A stretch of 64,000 nt of DNA, from NCBI RefSeq assembly GCF_037042905.1, contig NC_087251.1:42720001-42784000 (forward strand). The letters run 5' to 3'. This DNA comes from Lytechinus pictus (lineage: Eukaryota). Shown here piece after piece: positions 40,654 through 53,800 of this stretch. The notes beneath the pieces are model-generated. The model was not told the origin of the DNA, did not search any database, and worked only from the letters and a program-made list of their open reading frames with translations. The translations under genes and the position numbers were made by a program. Numbering within the stretch: the stretch's first letter is position 1; each line of letters opens with the position of its first letter.

Positions 40654-41310
40654 TATTTACCCAGGGTAGCCACTTCGCTTCCGAAAACTGTTCTCCCAGC
40701 AGGCCCTCCTTAATATGGATAAATTTATTACAGAGTACCGAAGTATGACGTCATCAATTTTTCCTTTTTGCATGTCAGCGTTGATATTATATTTTGGTAG
40801 AGCTTGATAACCCCCCCCCCCCCCATCCAAATTTAGTGGGAATAGGTCCATGGGGCCCCAAGATATTACCTCATGAATACATAATTAGCCCCACTAAAGT
40901 CAATGTATTACTGGCCTGATTCCTAACATTTAGAGCCAGGCCAATAATACATTGACTTCAATGGGGCTAATTATGTATTCATGAGGTAATATCTAATAAA
41001 GGCCCCCATGGACCGATTCCCACCAAATTTTGGTAGTCGGGAGTTTTTCATCATGCTCTACCAAAATATGGTATCAAATATGCTGAAATGCAAAAGAAAA
41101 AAAAGTTTTTTGTAACATCATCACTTTGGTACTCTCTTACCACAGCCTTAGCTGGGCTGCCTTGACTCTCGAGCATCCAAGGAATTTCTTTCTACCGGGT
41201 ACCCACTTATTACACCTGGATAGAGAGTGGCAAATATAGATACTAACACCTTGCCATAGGACGCGAGTTCTGCGGTGGGATACCAACCCTGGACCTCCAT
41301 CACAACACCC
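40654..41310 (-). mobile_element. tRNA-related SINE interrupted by a palindromic MITE (40732-41135)
   Basis: SINE core GGCAAGG...TTTGCCACTCT...GGTGTA...TGGGTACCCGG and tail GTGGCTACCCTGGGTAAATA on -. MITE ends AGAGTACCGAAGT/ACTTTGGTACTCT with a central inverted repeat at 40861-40994. Confidence 0.6.
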
Positions 41311-41476
41311 TGTCACAGAGAAACACACATCATTACTCCTCTCTGCTCAGTCAGCCTATCTTTAGTTTTGGTAAATCCTCCGACCAAAATATGGTATCAA
41401 ATGAGACAAAGCATTCCAAGTCATTACTAGATTATGTGTGTGCCCTAAAATGATTATGATGTCAAGGATAAAAAAT

Positions 41477-42611
41477 ATCAAGTGGAAGGCCTCTAGCACA
41501 AGCAGTCTCGCCTGCATTATTTGATTCAAGATAGAAGCAGTGCTGACTTGAAAACTGAGATGAATAATTGTTCACAAAAACACCATTCAGTTGAAAAAAT
41601 ACTTGATAGGGAGTTTGATGACCTCAAATGACCTTTGACCTCGATCATACAACCTGAAACCCATGCAAGAGATCAGTGATACTTTATTAACTTTATGTCC
41701 AAGTTTCATAAAATAGATGAACTTATTTTCACTTTTCATAGACTTATCCTCGGTAAAGATTTCAATGTTAGTACCACAACATGGTCAACATTCATTGACC
41801 CTTGACCTTTATCATGTAACCCATAACTCATGCCAGATGATCCCTGATACTTGATTAACCTTGTGTCCAAGTTTCATTATCAGGGTTCCCAGCTTTTCCA
41901 GAAAACAAAATTCCCTGATTTTTCCCTGATGAAGATTAAAAATTCCCTGATCATTATTTAAACCCATTCCCAGTTTCACATGTTTTCTAAGTTGTTGCAG
42001 TGAATTACATGTATTTTCAGTATAAAAAAATTAATAAATTAATAATTAGTAAAACTAATTAGTACCACCATAACCACTCATTCAATGGATGTTGTTTTGA
42101 TAAGCAACAAAATATAACAGAGTCTGACTACCATGCTTTTGACTTTTGGGCTGATCAAAATTCCCTGATTTTTCCCTCATTTGAAGTATTTTCCCCCGAT
42201 TTGAGGTATTTTTTTAAAATCGAATTCCCTGATTTTTGCCTGACTGGAAAAAATAAATTTCCCTGATTTCCCTCATGGGCTGGGAACCCTGATTATATAG
42301 TTCCAAATACTTTCTAATATTCTGATGACATTTCAAAAACTGAACCTTGGTTTAAACTTTCAATGTTGATACCCCCTACATGTCAAAGTTCACTGACCAT
42401 AAAGGACCGTTCACCTTGGTCATGTGACCCAAAAATCTTGCTAGATGATCAGTGATACTTGAATATGTCCAAGTTTTATGAAATAGGTCCATAAACTTTT
42501 CAAGTTATGAAGACATTTCAAAAAGTTAAACTTGGTTAAGATTTCAATATTGACGACATCAACGCCGCTGTCTAAAAAGGGGCACCTACAGTCTCGCTCT
42601 GCTATGCTTGA
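41477..42611 (+). mobile_element. Helentron/HINE-like element with TGACCTTTGACC repeats, containing a hAT-like MITE (41881-42291)
   Basis: Subterminal GTCTCGCCTGC / GTCTCGCTCTGC motifs; ~170-bp TGACC-rich units; inner TIR CAGGGTTCCCAGC/GCTGGGAACCCTG. Confidence 0.55.
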
Positions 42612-42640
42612 TCAATAAAAGAACTTCATTCTCCCCTTAA

Positions 42641-43035
42641 AGGTAAATGCTAGTTTTGGTAACGATATCAAAATGAGTTCGTACAGAATCCAATGAAATG
42701 ACCACCAAAGTGTCTGTTTGTATAAATAAAACGCATGTGCCAAAGGATTCTGGAAGAAATTGTGTAATTGCTGAGAAATCAGCAAATAAGCACAGGATTC
42801 GGGTAGAGCGTCGGGCCCGACGCTCAAAGCAATAATTATACACTGTCCCACGTGCGCTTATCTGTGTTGGGGAAGTTCAGTCTGAACATTTTTCAGCATA
42901 GATTTCAAGATTTCACAAAGTTTAGTTTATGTAACTGTACCAGATCTAGATCCTCGATGATATACTGACAATTAAGCCTGGTTTTACAGACTTTCTCATG
43001 AAATCAGTGTTTATTGCAACTACTGGAATTTCTCT
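42641..43035 (+). mobile_element. Young Kolobok-like MITE, copy A
   Basis: TTAA|AGGTAAATGCTAGTT ... AACTACTGGAATTTCTCT|TTAA; near-identical to 44354-44748. Confidence 0.85.
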
Positions 43036-43039
43036 TTAA

Positions 43040-44757
43040 CCCTTTCAACCCTGAATTAATTGGGGCGGTTGTGACCCTCACCCTGAATTATTTGCACATA
43101 TCGGCCAAATGAACGAATACATGCCAGCAGCACCTTACTCCGCTGGTAACCGACCTGGCCCGGCTGATGTTATTGAGCATTCCGTACTAACGATAATATC
43201 AAATTCACTAATTTGACAGAAGAAAATTAAACAATTGCTTACGCATAGTCCGTATACGACTCGCCGTGTATTATCGACGAGCCTCCTAGGTAGGGTAGGA
43301 TATTTTGGCCATTTTGTATGCTAAAAACTTATAAATGAATCGTCGATGAAATAATAAACTGAAGTTATCATAGTGCTGTAGCTCGTTTCCTTCAACTCGG
43401 TCCAACCCGGCTCGTAAATTTTTTTTTTCTTCAATGTCTCCTTTAATTGGGCCCCAAAATGGCCAAATTAAAATGTTTTACACCCAGCTGTGCTATTATT
43501 TTTGGATCACCGACTTTGTGGAATATGCCAACACTACAGGTTTTTTTTTTTTTGGGGGGGGGAGGGCTTTATGGTTAGCAGAAAAAATGATAATATGAAA
43601 GATAACTCAATACACTGAACAGATTATTTTACCAAAAAAAATGTTGTACATGTCATCACATGCAGTCATATCAAAGGAAAACTTCTTGATTTATGACCAT
43701 GCCTAAATGACCGACTGGCCTTTACCTGTCAACAATTTGGACATTCTCACCCAATGAAACCATTACTCTCAGCTAATCACATGACCAGTCACATGATATC
43801 ACATGGCAGCGCTGTACTGTGTGTGCACACACAATATTACACAAACTTAACAAGCTTAACATGCATCGTTTCGATCTCTCGCACACAAGGCCATGACTCG
43901 TGAGGTCCGATCATACACATTAATCAAAATCATCATGGGGAAAAAATGAAAATAAGGTAGGGATGCTTGGCCTTTGACCTGTCCCCTCGACCATCACACC
44001 AGGTTGATGGATTCGTTAAAAACAGTTTCACAACTTTTATTGCGGTGACTGATGACACCTCAAATCTTATCAAACCATCCGGGTTTATTTACCGGGTTCG
44101 AGGGATGCAAAGTGAAACCTGACCCATAATGTTCCAGGCCGGGCAATGTCAACTCGGCAGGATCCAGTCGCGTAAACAATCCGAGCTACAGGACTAGTTA
44201 TTGACTGAGTATCTCTAAAATGACGTAATTTTTAAAGGTCACCTGATATCTAAAACCCTTGCTTTTCGATCACATGATTTGAAGCCGGTATTCCGGCTTT
44301 TCACGTATAGGTGCCTTCACAGTGAAGCCAATATTCTGGCTTTTCAAGTTTAAAGGAAAATGCTAGTTTTGGTAACGATATCAAAATGAGTTCGTACAGA
44401 ATCCAATGAAATGACCACCAAAGTGTCTGTTTGTATAAATAAAACGCATGTGCCAAAGGATTCTGGAAGAAATTGTGTAATTGCTGAGAAATCAGCAAAT
44501 AAGCACAGGATTCGGGTAGAGCGTCGGGCCCGACGCTCTAAGCAATAATTATACACAGTCCCACGTGCGCTTATCTGTGTTGGGGAAGTTCAGTCTGAAC
44601 ATTTTTCAGCGTAGATTTCAAGATTTCACAAAGTTCAGTTTATGTAACTGTACCAGATCTAGATCCTCGATGATGTACTGACAATTAAGCCTGGTTTTAC
44701 AGACTTTCTCATGAAATCAGTGTTTACTGCAACTACTGGCATTTCTCTTTAAAAGGG
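43040..44757. mobile_element. Older piggyBac-like non-autonomous element
   Basis: TTAA|CCCTTTCAACCCTGAA at left; right TIR TTCAAGTTTAAAAGGG (13/16 match) is rebuilt after removing MITE copy B. Confidence 0.55.
44354..44748 (+). mobile_element. Young Kolobok-like MITE, copy B
   Basis: TTAA|AGGAAAATGCTAGTT ... AACTACTGGCATTTCTCT|TTAA. Confidence 0.85.
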
Positions 44758-44981
44758 TCAGAGCCACATAAGTTAATGGGGGGGGGGGAGGGGGCACTGA
44801 GCAATACAGTGTGTGGCCTATCATTGACAGTGTTATATTATAGCTAGTCTTGAAATTAAGCCCATTGAGCTATGCAGACAGAAATGTGTTTATTGCATTA
44901 TAAATTTATGGATGTTACATCAAAAATTTACTTTGATTGGGTGAAAATCTCTCATCATAATAGATCTTAGTTATTACTTAC

Positions 44982-45032
44982 GACTGACTTTGGACGGGTT
45001 TTAGGTGGTAGCTTGAAAGACACAATAGGTTC
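44982..45032 (-). CDS. TFB2M: TFB2M coding exon 5 (51 nt)
   Basis: EPIVSFKLPPKTRPKSV; acceptor TTCTCTTAACAG, donor GTAAGT; equivalent to the EPWSSF segment of vertebrate TFB2M as recalled. Confidence 0.8.
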
Positions 45033-46174
45033 CTGTTAAGAGAAGATGAAAATATGTGAGAGAGAGAGACAGAGACAGAGACAAGAAAACCTTTTGAAAT
45101 ATTTTTCAAACATATACATGGGTCTTTCTATTGAACAGAGGAAATTTTATTTGTAATATTTCAATAATGTCTAAGTCTTCTCCGATTCATTATGAATTCA
45201 TTATCAATCATTATAACAATGATTATCAATAAAACAAACATCTGGAAAATAGTGGAGGTTACCAGTAGCTATAATGCACAAGCTTGCATGTAAATTAGCA
45301 AACAGAGCATCAACTTGTGATGGGGCATCCGGACAAGTGCATGCTGAATACATACCTTCTAAACACCTACGCTGATATCCATCAATTTTTTTTTTTATGA
45401 ATTCATTATCAATGATTACAAGATTTTTTTATGAAGAGCGATTGGAGAAGAGCAAATTGCATGTGAATTTTTGTTCACCACTGCCCATCTGTATCAGTGA
45501 AACGGCAGACACTATTGTAATTTGGAGAGTCACAATTTTAATGGAAATTTTTGGGCTGATGGAACTGTTATTGCAGAAATATTGATATTTCTTTGGGGGG
45601 AGGGGGTGTGCATGATTTGCAATCATTGAAATTTTTTGTAAAAGGTGAAATGAATTCAAATATAACAGAAAATTACAAATATTTGTGGCTATATTCTGGA
45701 ATATTTTTTGAGATAGAAGGTTGGCCGCAAGACACGGTTTACAGAGTTTTAAAGATGAACCAAGGCTGGATAAACAAGATCAAACTGTAGATCATGACTT
45801 TAATATTAAGATACACATATTTTCTTTAAAAATGGAAAATATATTTGTCTAGAAAAAAAAAAAATCAAAATATTATTTGCTACATTTCACTCTTCTCTTG
45901 GTATATTGTGTATTATGATTAAATGAGGCACTGCTGCAAAGAGAAAAAATACATTCCTTTAAAACCGTATATCATGTTTTGGATAGAGATACAGTTTGTA
46001 TTAGGAGGGGAAATTTGAGATTTGAGAGTGTGTAACTTAACATCTATTGCATTTCCACTCCCGTAATCTATCAAGCATTTGTAAAATAATACCAAAGTCA
46101 ACGATTCTGCATAATGGCGTGCCCTCTATGTTTAAATATGAACTGAATGTTAAGAAAGTCAACACAGCACTTAC

Positions 46175-46264
46175 AGTATGAAGGAGTTGAATATCTGATG
46201 ATACTTGGTAGAGGGCTGAAAGTGCACGGTAGTTTTTCATGTTCCCAGGAGGATGAATCATTGT
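46175..46264 (-). CDS. TFB2M: TFB2M coding exon 4 (90 nt)
   Basis: TMIHPPGNMKNYRALSALYQVSSDIQLLHT; TACAG/GTAAGT, phase 0-0. Confidence 0.9.
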
Positions 46265-47284
46265 CTGTAGATATAAAGAATCATTATTTAGATGTAGGGT
46301 TTTAGAGGCGCAGATATTTTTTGAAGTCTTACGAGGTTGTTTCAGAGAGACAAAATATCAAAAATGATTTTTAACGTGCATGCCTATGAAAACCATCCAA
46401 TATTGAAAATATTGGACGAAATGAATATTTCGCCCCACCCACGAGATTATCATTGGTTACTAGATGTTTGTGCGCATGAAGCTATAGTTATGTCACAATG
46501 AAATTGCATTGCGTATTAGTTGCCAGGAGGTGTGGTAAAGGAGCGTCAATAATTCAAATGCTTGCACTATACGCTAGCGCATCTTTACTTTATTACGTAG
46601 ATTTCTTTTTTTTTAATGACAATACTCGGGCACCATGCTCATGATTTACAGGATTGTCATAAATGATGGTTACTAAAAACATTTTTTTTTGCTTCATTAC
46701 TGTATGTTTAGCTTTGTGGGGGTATCTAAATATTAATAAGAATATTGGATGAGCAATTTTTGTGGGATGCATAGAAATATTGTTCCTCGCTGAAGAACAA
46801 TATTGGATTCGTCTTCGACTTATCTAATATTGTTCTTCAACGCGTACAATATTTCTTCGCATCCCACTCAAGGCCATCCAATGTTCTCTAATTATTGACA
46901 AGAGGTTCCACAGTGAGTGGAGAGAAAATAAGGCAAAGACAAGCTGTGTTTATAGGGAAGCTTTAAAGTGCCATTGAGTTGTCAAAATGGCGAGATAACT
47001 TATCTTGCCAAGTCGATGTATAATGATAAAGTCAACATGGGGAAATACACGTATGTTATCTCGCGAAATCAACATACGATGTTGTATGCCAACATAACCA
47101 GATACGGTAATTGAGATATAAAAAGTGTACATATCAATGCGGTGAAATGCATTATGTCACCATGTTGACAAGAAAACATAAATGGCGATATTTAATTTTA
47201 TATCCAGTGTACACACACCATATCCAGTTGGAAATGAATCCAGGATGCGGCATGGCTTGATTTTGCTACAGATCTATATCATTT

Positions 47285-47790
47285 TAAAGCATACATATTC
47301 AGCTTTATCATGATCTAAAAATCATTTGGGCTCAAACAAAAATAAAGTGTGAAAATAGCAGCTTTTGTCAGGTGAAAATAATTATTTTGTAGCATATTTT
47401 AGATCAAAATTTTAACCTATATTACAAAATCTTTGAATAAATTCAAACACATGACCTGAAAGAATGATTCTTCTTCTTTAAAATGATACCAAATTCATGA
47501 AATTCGATGCACAAGTAGAGCAGCAATGACCAAATGAAAGAGGTGTTTTGGTCCGCATCAAGCTCATTAAATATGCAAAACATCTCAAGTCATGAATATC
47601 ACTTGGATGAAAGAAGCCACTTTCTTGGGACCTGCCGTCTGACTGCCTACTGGGTACCCATTTCCTACACCTCGGTGAAGAGTGGCAAATGCATAAAAAA
47701 ACCTTGCCAAAGGCGTGCTGCAGTGGGATTTGAACCCAGACCTTGTGGTTCAAAGTCCAGAGACTTAACCTCTGAGCCACAACACCTCTA
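47285..47790 (-). mobile_element. tRNA-derived SINE head (47645-47790) abutting a truncated copy of the CAGTCAGACGGCAGG element
   Basis: On -: GTGGCTCAGAGG (A box), GGGTTCAAATCCC (B box), SINE core, then ~360 bp matching 34206-34565. Confidence 0.7.
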
Positions 47791-47940
47791 TTTTCATTCA
47801 TAATTTTGTTTTATGATCTTAAAATTGCTGTATTAACTGAATCACTATCCTATCATGCATTTCAAAAAATTCAAGCCATTTTTTTTCCCAAGGTGCTAGA
47901 TACTGACACTTTTCAATGCAATGCGATCTTTTTTCTTTAA

Positions 47941-48587
47941 GGCCTGGTCCTACTAGCCGACGGATACAAAACGTATTCATAAAGGACACAGCGGACAAGC
48001 AAAATTTCCATCCGTATTCATCCACTCCAGAAATTTGCTAAACCATAACAGAAAATAACGGACGTGGGTAGTATGTAGCGCGGATGTTAAACGTTTGTTC
48101 ATCGGAAACCTCACGGATGGAAACGGATGACAGCTCTGAAGGGGTTACCCGGGGTTTAGAATACTTTATTTACACGATGCATACACTTACATCATTTCTA
48201 TTTCTGTGTTACTAGCGATGTATAGACGTTCCATGTACCTTATCTTTCCTCCCTCTTTCTGTTGTTCAGCTTCAGTGGATCTGAGTTGCGAGGATGCAGA
48301 GAGGGTACAGCGGACGTTTAACGGATGAAAACGGACATGGAACGTTTGTTGTTCGTACATGTCGCATATTTACATCGTACACGGCGGAAAGTTCATCCGT
48401 TCTGAAAGTTTCGTGCAGCTCAAACTTTTTTGCAGATGAAATCACAGTGGATGGATGCTTGAATGATAGAGTGTATGAAACATGTATGCAATGGGTACAC
48501 AACGGATGCATAGCGTATTCCAACGGATGGAAAGATTTTTTCCGTTTTACATCCGCTTTGCATTCGCAAGTGCTGTGGGACCGGGCC
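47941..48587. mobile_element. TIR MITE with TTAA flanks (Harbinger- or Kolobok-like)
   Basis: TTAA|GGCCTGGTCCTAC ... GTGGGACCGGGCC|TTAA; internal ACGGATG/CATCCGT motifs. Confidence 0.7.
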
Positions 48588-48663
48588 TTAATGTAATGAA
48601 AACTAAAATGAGAACTAGACAAGTTATAGCTCTGATGTTACACTCTGGTGTCATTGACTTTAA

Positions 48664-49232
48664 AGACAAGTCCACCCCAACAAAAACTTGATTTGAATAA
48701 AAAGAGAAAAATCCCAAAAGCATAACACTGAAAATTTCATCAAAATCGGGTGTAAAGTTACAACATTTTAAAGTTTCGCTTAATTTCACAAAAACAGTTA
48801 TATGCACAAGGGGACTGATGACGTCACCCACTCACTATTTATTTTGTATCTTATTATGTGAAATATGAAATAGTCTAATTTTCTCCTCGTTGTCATTTTA
48901 AAACAAGTTTCATTTCTCCCTGAACATGAGGTATTACCATTGTTTTAACATTTTATGGTTCAGTCAAGTTGGTCCTTATTGTCAAATCTGTAAATATTGA
49001 AATATTGTATGATTCAAAACAATAAAAAACAAAAGACATAGTGAGTGAGGGACATCATCGACTCGCCCATTGGCATGTCACTGAGTTGTGCATATAACTG
49101 TTTGAAGAAAAATAAGCAAAACTTCATCACTTTCTCATTTTACATCCAATTTTGATGAATCTTTCAGTGTTATGCTTGTTTGATTTTTCTCTATTGATTC
49201 AAATCAACATTTTTCTGGGGTGGACTTGACCT
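48664..49232. mobile_element. Kolobok-like MITE
   Basis: TTAA|AGACAAGTCCACCCC ... GGGGTGGACTTGACCT|TTAA. Confidence 0.85.
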
Positions 49233-49258
49233 TTAACTGTCTGATGATATCAACTCAC

Positions 49259-49407
49259 ATTGTAACAATTCTTGCTCATAAAGAGGTTGAGTTGCACGCG
49301 GCCATAGCTGAACATAGACAGTCTCTCCAAGATTAGACTGGCCAGGACATAGGCATGCTTCCTCTCTCCATCTTGGGGCAATGCTCCAACCACCTTCAAT
49401 CCAATAT
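49259..49407 (-). CDS. TFB2M: TFB2M coding exon 3 (149 nt)
   Basis: DIGLKVVGALPQDGERK...SMFSYGRVQLNLFMSK; strongly resembles TFB2M DIPLKVVGMFP...FGRIEVNMFI as recalled; GGTAG/GTGAGT. Confidence 0.92.
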
Positions 49408-49496
49408 CTACCAACAAAAAAGAGGAAAGGTCAGTGGTGGGGACACATATTTTCCCTCCATTCCCCCCCCCCCCATTTTTTAAAAACTAAAATTGC

Positions 49497-50700
49497 TAAG
49501 ATTCAAGATTCAAGATAATTTATTGTCATGTATAAAAATACACAAAATTCACTTTCGGGCATAGTTACAAACATGAATACGATAAACAATGACATAAATA
49601 ATACATTAAACAAACAATCATAACTTTAAAAATATGTATTGCACAATTGTACGAGAAGAAAAGAGAGAGAAGGTAAGGGGGAGAATGAGATCATAGAGGA
49701 TAGATGAGAAAAAATAGAAGATAATAAAAGAAGAGAAGTTAGAGAGAAATAGGACAATGCAATTGTGCAACCTACTTGCACAGTACCAGTCACACATCTC
49801 AACACCTGTGTACCCGTCCTACCAGAGAACGATAGATTATCTAATGCTCTCTGACCGAAACAGGCAAACAGGTGCCGAGGACGTACGACTGGCACTCTAC
49901 CTCCACCCAGCAACCCCCACACCAGAGTACCCTTCTGTCGCGACCGCAATCACCATACAACAACTACCCAGTGTTCAAAAGAACCACGCACATTTCCTCA
50001 CATTCTACACACGACCCCCCCCCCCCCCATGTACACTCCTCTACAAATGTGTCAATCATACGCTCAGACAGTACACCGTACATCCACTCAAACATAAGTC
50101 AATATGAAGGGCACCCTGATGTGAGGATGCTTAGATGGAGACATAGAGACAATAAATCATCCATTATATAGCAATAAAAACACCTATGTAATACTGTAGT
50201 AAAAAAGTTAAAAGCTGCGCGGCTGAGGTAGGAGAGCAAGGAAGTGAGAGAGAGAGAGGGGGTATTTATGACATTGTAACTTCCTATACTTTGTAATAAA
50301 TAATAAATAACATATATGAATTGGTAAATCAATAAGTAATGTGCATGCATACAAATAGATTTACATAAAGTATATATAAAAAGTGGTAATGATCAAGTAT
50401 GGTGGACCAAGCCATACGTACAATGCACTGTGCAATAATCTAAACCAGGGGGCAATACATTCCTCCGCGGTAAACGGCCCCGATGCGCCAGGTACGGAGA
50501 CCAGAGCGCTAAGGCAAGCCCGGTCCGCAAAGTACCACGTCCAACAGCCCACCCCGACCACCGCCTCCACAAGACCAACACCGCACCCCCAGCCGACCGA
50601 AAAGAACCCCCAACAACGACACACTCCCGGACGGACCCCAGACCCCACCGACAACCGTAGGTAAGAGACCCTATAGATCTCTGGATGTCTTAAATCAAAG
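49497..50700 (-). mobile_element. 3' relic of a non-LTR retrotransposon
   Basis: On -, AATAAA followed by a (TCTTGAA)n tail at 49497-49525; GC-skewed non-coding body. Boundaries approximate. Confidence 0.45.
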
Positions 50701-50796
50701 AGCAACATTTCTCTGCAACTCAGTATTTGGGGAATAAACCTAGCTTGGAGATATGACAAGGCTTCTAAAGCAAAAAGAAACCATGACCTTCATATA

Positions 50797-50847
<51 letters not shown>

Positions 50848-50850
<3 letters not shown>

Positions 50851-53800
50851 TGCTGTAGCCGAACCGCCGAACCGAACGGTAGTTCGCCGAACATGGCACT
50901 TCTGAACCGAACAGAACCGAACCGAACACTAAGACTTGGTTCGGAAGTTCGGCCAAAAAAAAAAAAAACGGCTTTCAGCTAATCAATTTATAAGTTTACA
51001 CCCTTTCTAATCATTATATTTGCGCATTCTCTATTTAATCTTCTTTGCAATTGTATGTTGGAAGTATGCGCTTATTTTGCGGTTACTAGATTTTGTTTTC
51101 ATTTTCATGTTGACATTGTGGTTTTTACGGCCCTGATTAAGAAAGGAGATCCAATGAATGATGTTGCGCGAGCTTGCGCTATAATCATTTTACTGGCTTT
51201 CATCATCTCTCGCTCTGTGGCCGAATCGCCGAAGCATGGTAAAGAAAACCAAAACTGTATGAGTGTTCATTGGTTAAATCTAATTATCTAAAATATTGTT
51301 GTTTTTAGGTGGCGAACAAGATTCTTGTTTGAAAATCTTCAAAGTATTTTGAATGAACGAGCTCAATAAACTGAAAGTGAAAGATGAAGTACCATTAATA
51401 TTACGAATTACGATACGATGTGATTAAGATCGTAACTCGTGTATTGTTGCGGCGGAGAATAAAGATCTGATTGAGGTGATTTGACATTATTATTGAGGTG
51501 TCGGCTCGCTACTGTCTAGTTTTCATGATTTTAGAGAGAAGTAAAGAGTTTTGAAAACGAGAGATCCAGTGAAAGTGGGAAATAAAGTGAGTGACTGTTA
51601 GAGATGGAAAGGAGAGACGCAAAACAAATAATATAGAAATGAGATGAGGTGAAGTTATCTTTTTTATTATTAACAACAAAAATAAATGTGAAAGTGTTAA
51701 TGTAGAATTAACAGCTACGATCAGCAAATCCGATCTCTTCACAAGTAATCGTTTTGAGTTATTGAGTACTAGTGACACATCTAGTGATGCTTCATACCAT
51801 CTGCAGACATCTACTCCAACCTCAGGTCATGCGCCGAGGCTTCCACCTCGGCTTAACTTTTCACCCTCTAAAAACCGCAGAAAGATCCTGAAGGGTATGA
51901 TAATCAACTGCAACGGCCTCAAAAGCCCTGCCAAGTACACTCAGTTCCAAGCCACAATCAATCATCACAAACCAGATGTAATTCTTGGCTGCGAATCCAA
52001 GCTTGATGAAGCAACTTCTACATATAGTGTATTCCCATGTAACTACACAGTATTTAGAAAGGATCGAAATGAACATGGGGGTGGTGTTTTCATAGCAGTC
52101 CATGAGTCTCTCATATTATCCAGCTGCCCTGAATTTGACTCTCAAAGTGAAATCATTTGGTGTAATTTGCAGTTCACAAATGCAAAGCCTCTTTTCATCG
52201 CAAGTTTCTATCGTCCTCCAACAAATGGAAGGTGGGATCTTGAGGAACTCCAACTCTCTATATCTAAGGTGGTTTCCAAACACAGGAGAAGTCATCCTAA
52301 TATCATCATTGGAGGAGACTTCAACCTTCCGGATATTGATTGGGAATCCTGCATATTGAGCAGTATGAGCCGTGCAAGCATCCACCAGCTCCTGCTCGAC
52401 ACCCTTTTGGAATTTTCACTGGTACAACTTGTTATGGATGTAACCCGCCCTGCATCGGGTAACACCCTGGATCTTCTCCTGACATCTAACCCAAGCCTTA
52501 TTACAGATGTACAAGTACTTCCAGGCATATCTGACCACAATGTTGTATCTTTTGTCTTCTCGGGTAACCCTAAGACAGGCCGCACCCCTTCCAGGAAGAT
52601 TTACCAATACCACAGAGCAGATGAGGAAGACATCAAAGATGCTGTTGCAAAGTTCTCTTCAGATTTCCTCCTTTCAAATCCAGAGCTTGAATCTGTTGAT
52701 GGGAACTGGAAGAAGATAGCTGTCTTCCTCAAGAAATGCATGGAAGATATGATACCATCCAAGTTCAGCAAGTCCCGAAGACACCTTCCATGGATAACCA
52801 CTGACCTGAAAAGGAAAATGAGGAAACGGGACAGGCTCTTCAAGAAAGCCCGTAGGGGCCCTAGTACGTTAAGATGGAAGGCCTACAGACAGCACCGAAA
52901 TATGGTTGCTAAGCTTGTTCACCAGGCACACCACAACTATGTGAACAACATCATAGGAGACAGCCTACAAGAAAATCCTAAGATGTTCTGGTCCTACGTC
53001 AAATGCTGCAGGTCTGAAAACATCAGCATTCCATCTCTGAAATCTGACAGGGGTATCCACATGACTAGCAAAGACAAAGCGGAGTGCCTAAATGCTTACT
53101 TTCACTCTGTCTTCACAAACCAACAGGCTTGTCACACATCTGTGGAAGGTTCTATGCACTATCCTGACATTGGACATTTGCATGTTCATCGCACTGGTGT
53201 GGCTAAACAACTGTCAGGTCTCAACCCGTCCAAAGCCTGTGGACCGGATGAGATTCCTCCTAAGCTACTTAAACTTGTAGCCATTGAAATCTCGCCGGCT
53301 CTTGGGTTCCTGTTCCAACAGAGCTACAATACAGGTACTGTTCCAACAGAATGGAAGTCTGCCTTGGTGACCCCCATTCACAAGTCGGGTGATAAATGCG
53401 ACCCAGGAAATTACAGGCCGATTTCCCTGACTTGCATCTGCAGTAAGTTAATGGAACACTTAGTACTTAGTCACATCTCAAAGCATGTAGCTGCAAACAA
53501 CATCCTAGTAGATGAACAACATGGGTTTAGGCAGAAGTTGTCTACAACTACCCAACTCATCTCAGCCACTCATGACTGGGCACACACCCTACAACGCAGA
53601 GGCCAGACGGATGTCATATTTCTTGATTTCAAGAAAGCCTTTGACCGAGTACCTCACTGCCATCTGCAAACAAAGCTAGCATACTATGGCATCAAAGGAG
53701 ACACTCAAAACTGGATCATGTCACTACTCACCAACCGACAACAAGCAGTTGTTGTTCAGGGATCACGGTCATCTTGGATGCCAGTGACATCTGGGGTGCC

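Noticed and set aside
45890..45955. Alternative small TFB2M exon (ECIFSL...TKRR) on -
   Set aside because: Weak splice sites; 44982-45032 has strong sites and the EPxxSF motif.
46910..46945. Other CACAGTG heptamers (44318, 46910, 61514)
   Set aside because: No nonamer at 12 or 23 bp; 61514 overlaps a hAT TIR.
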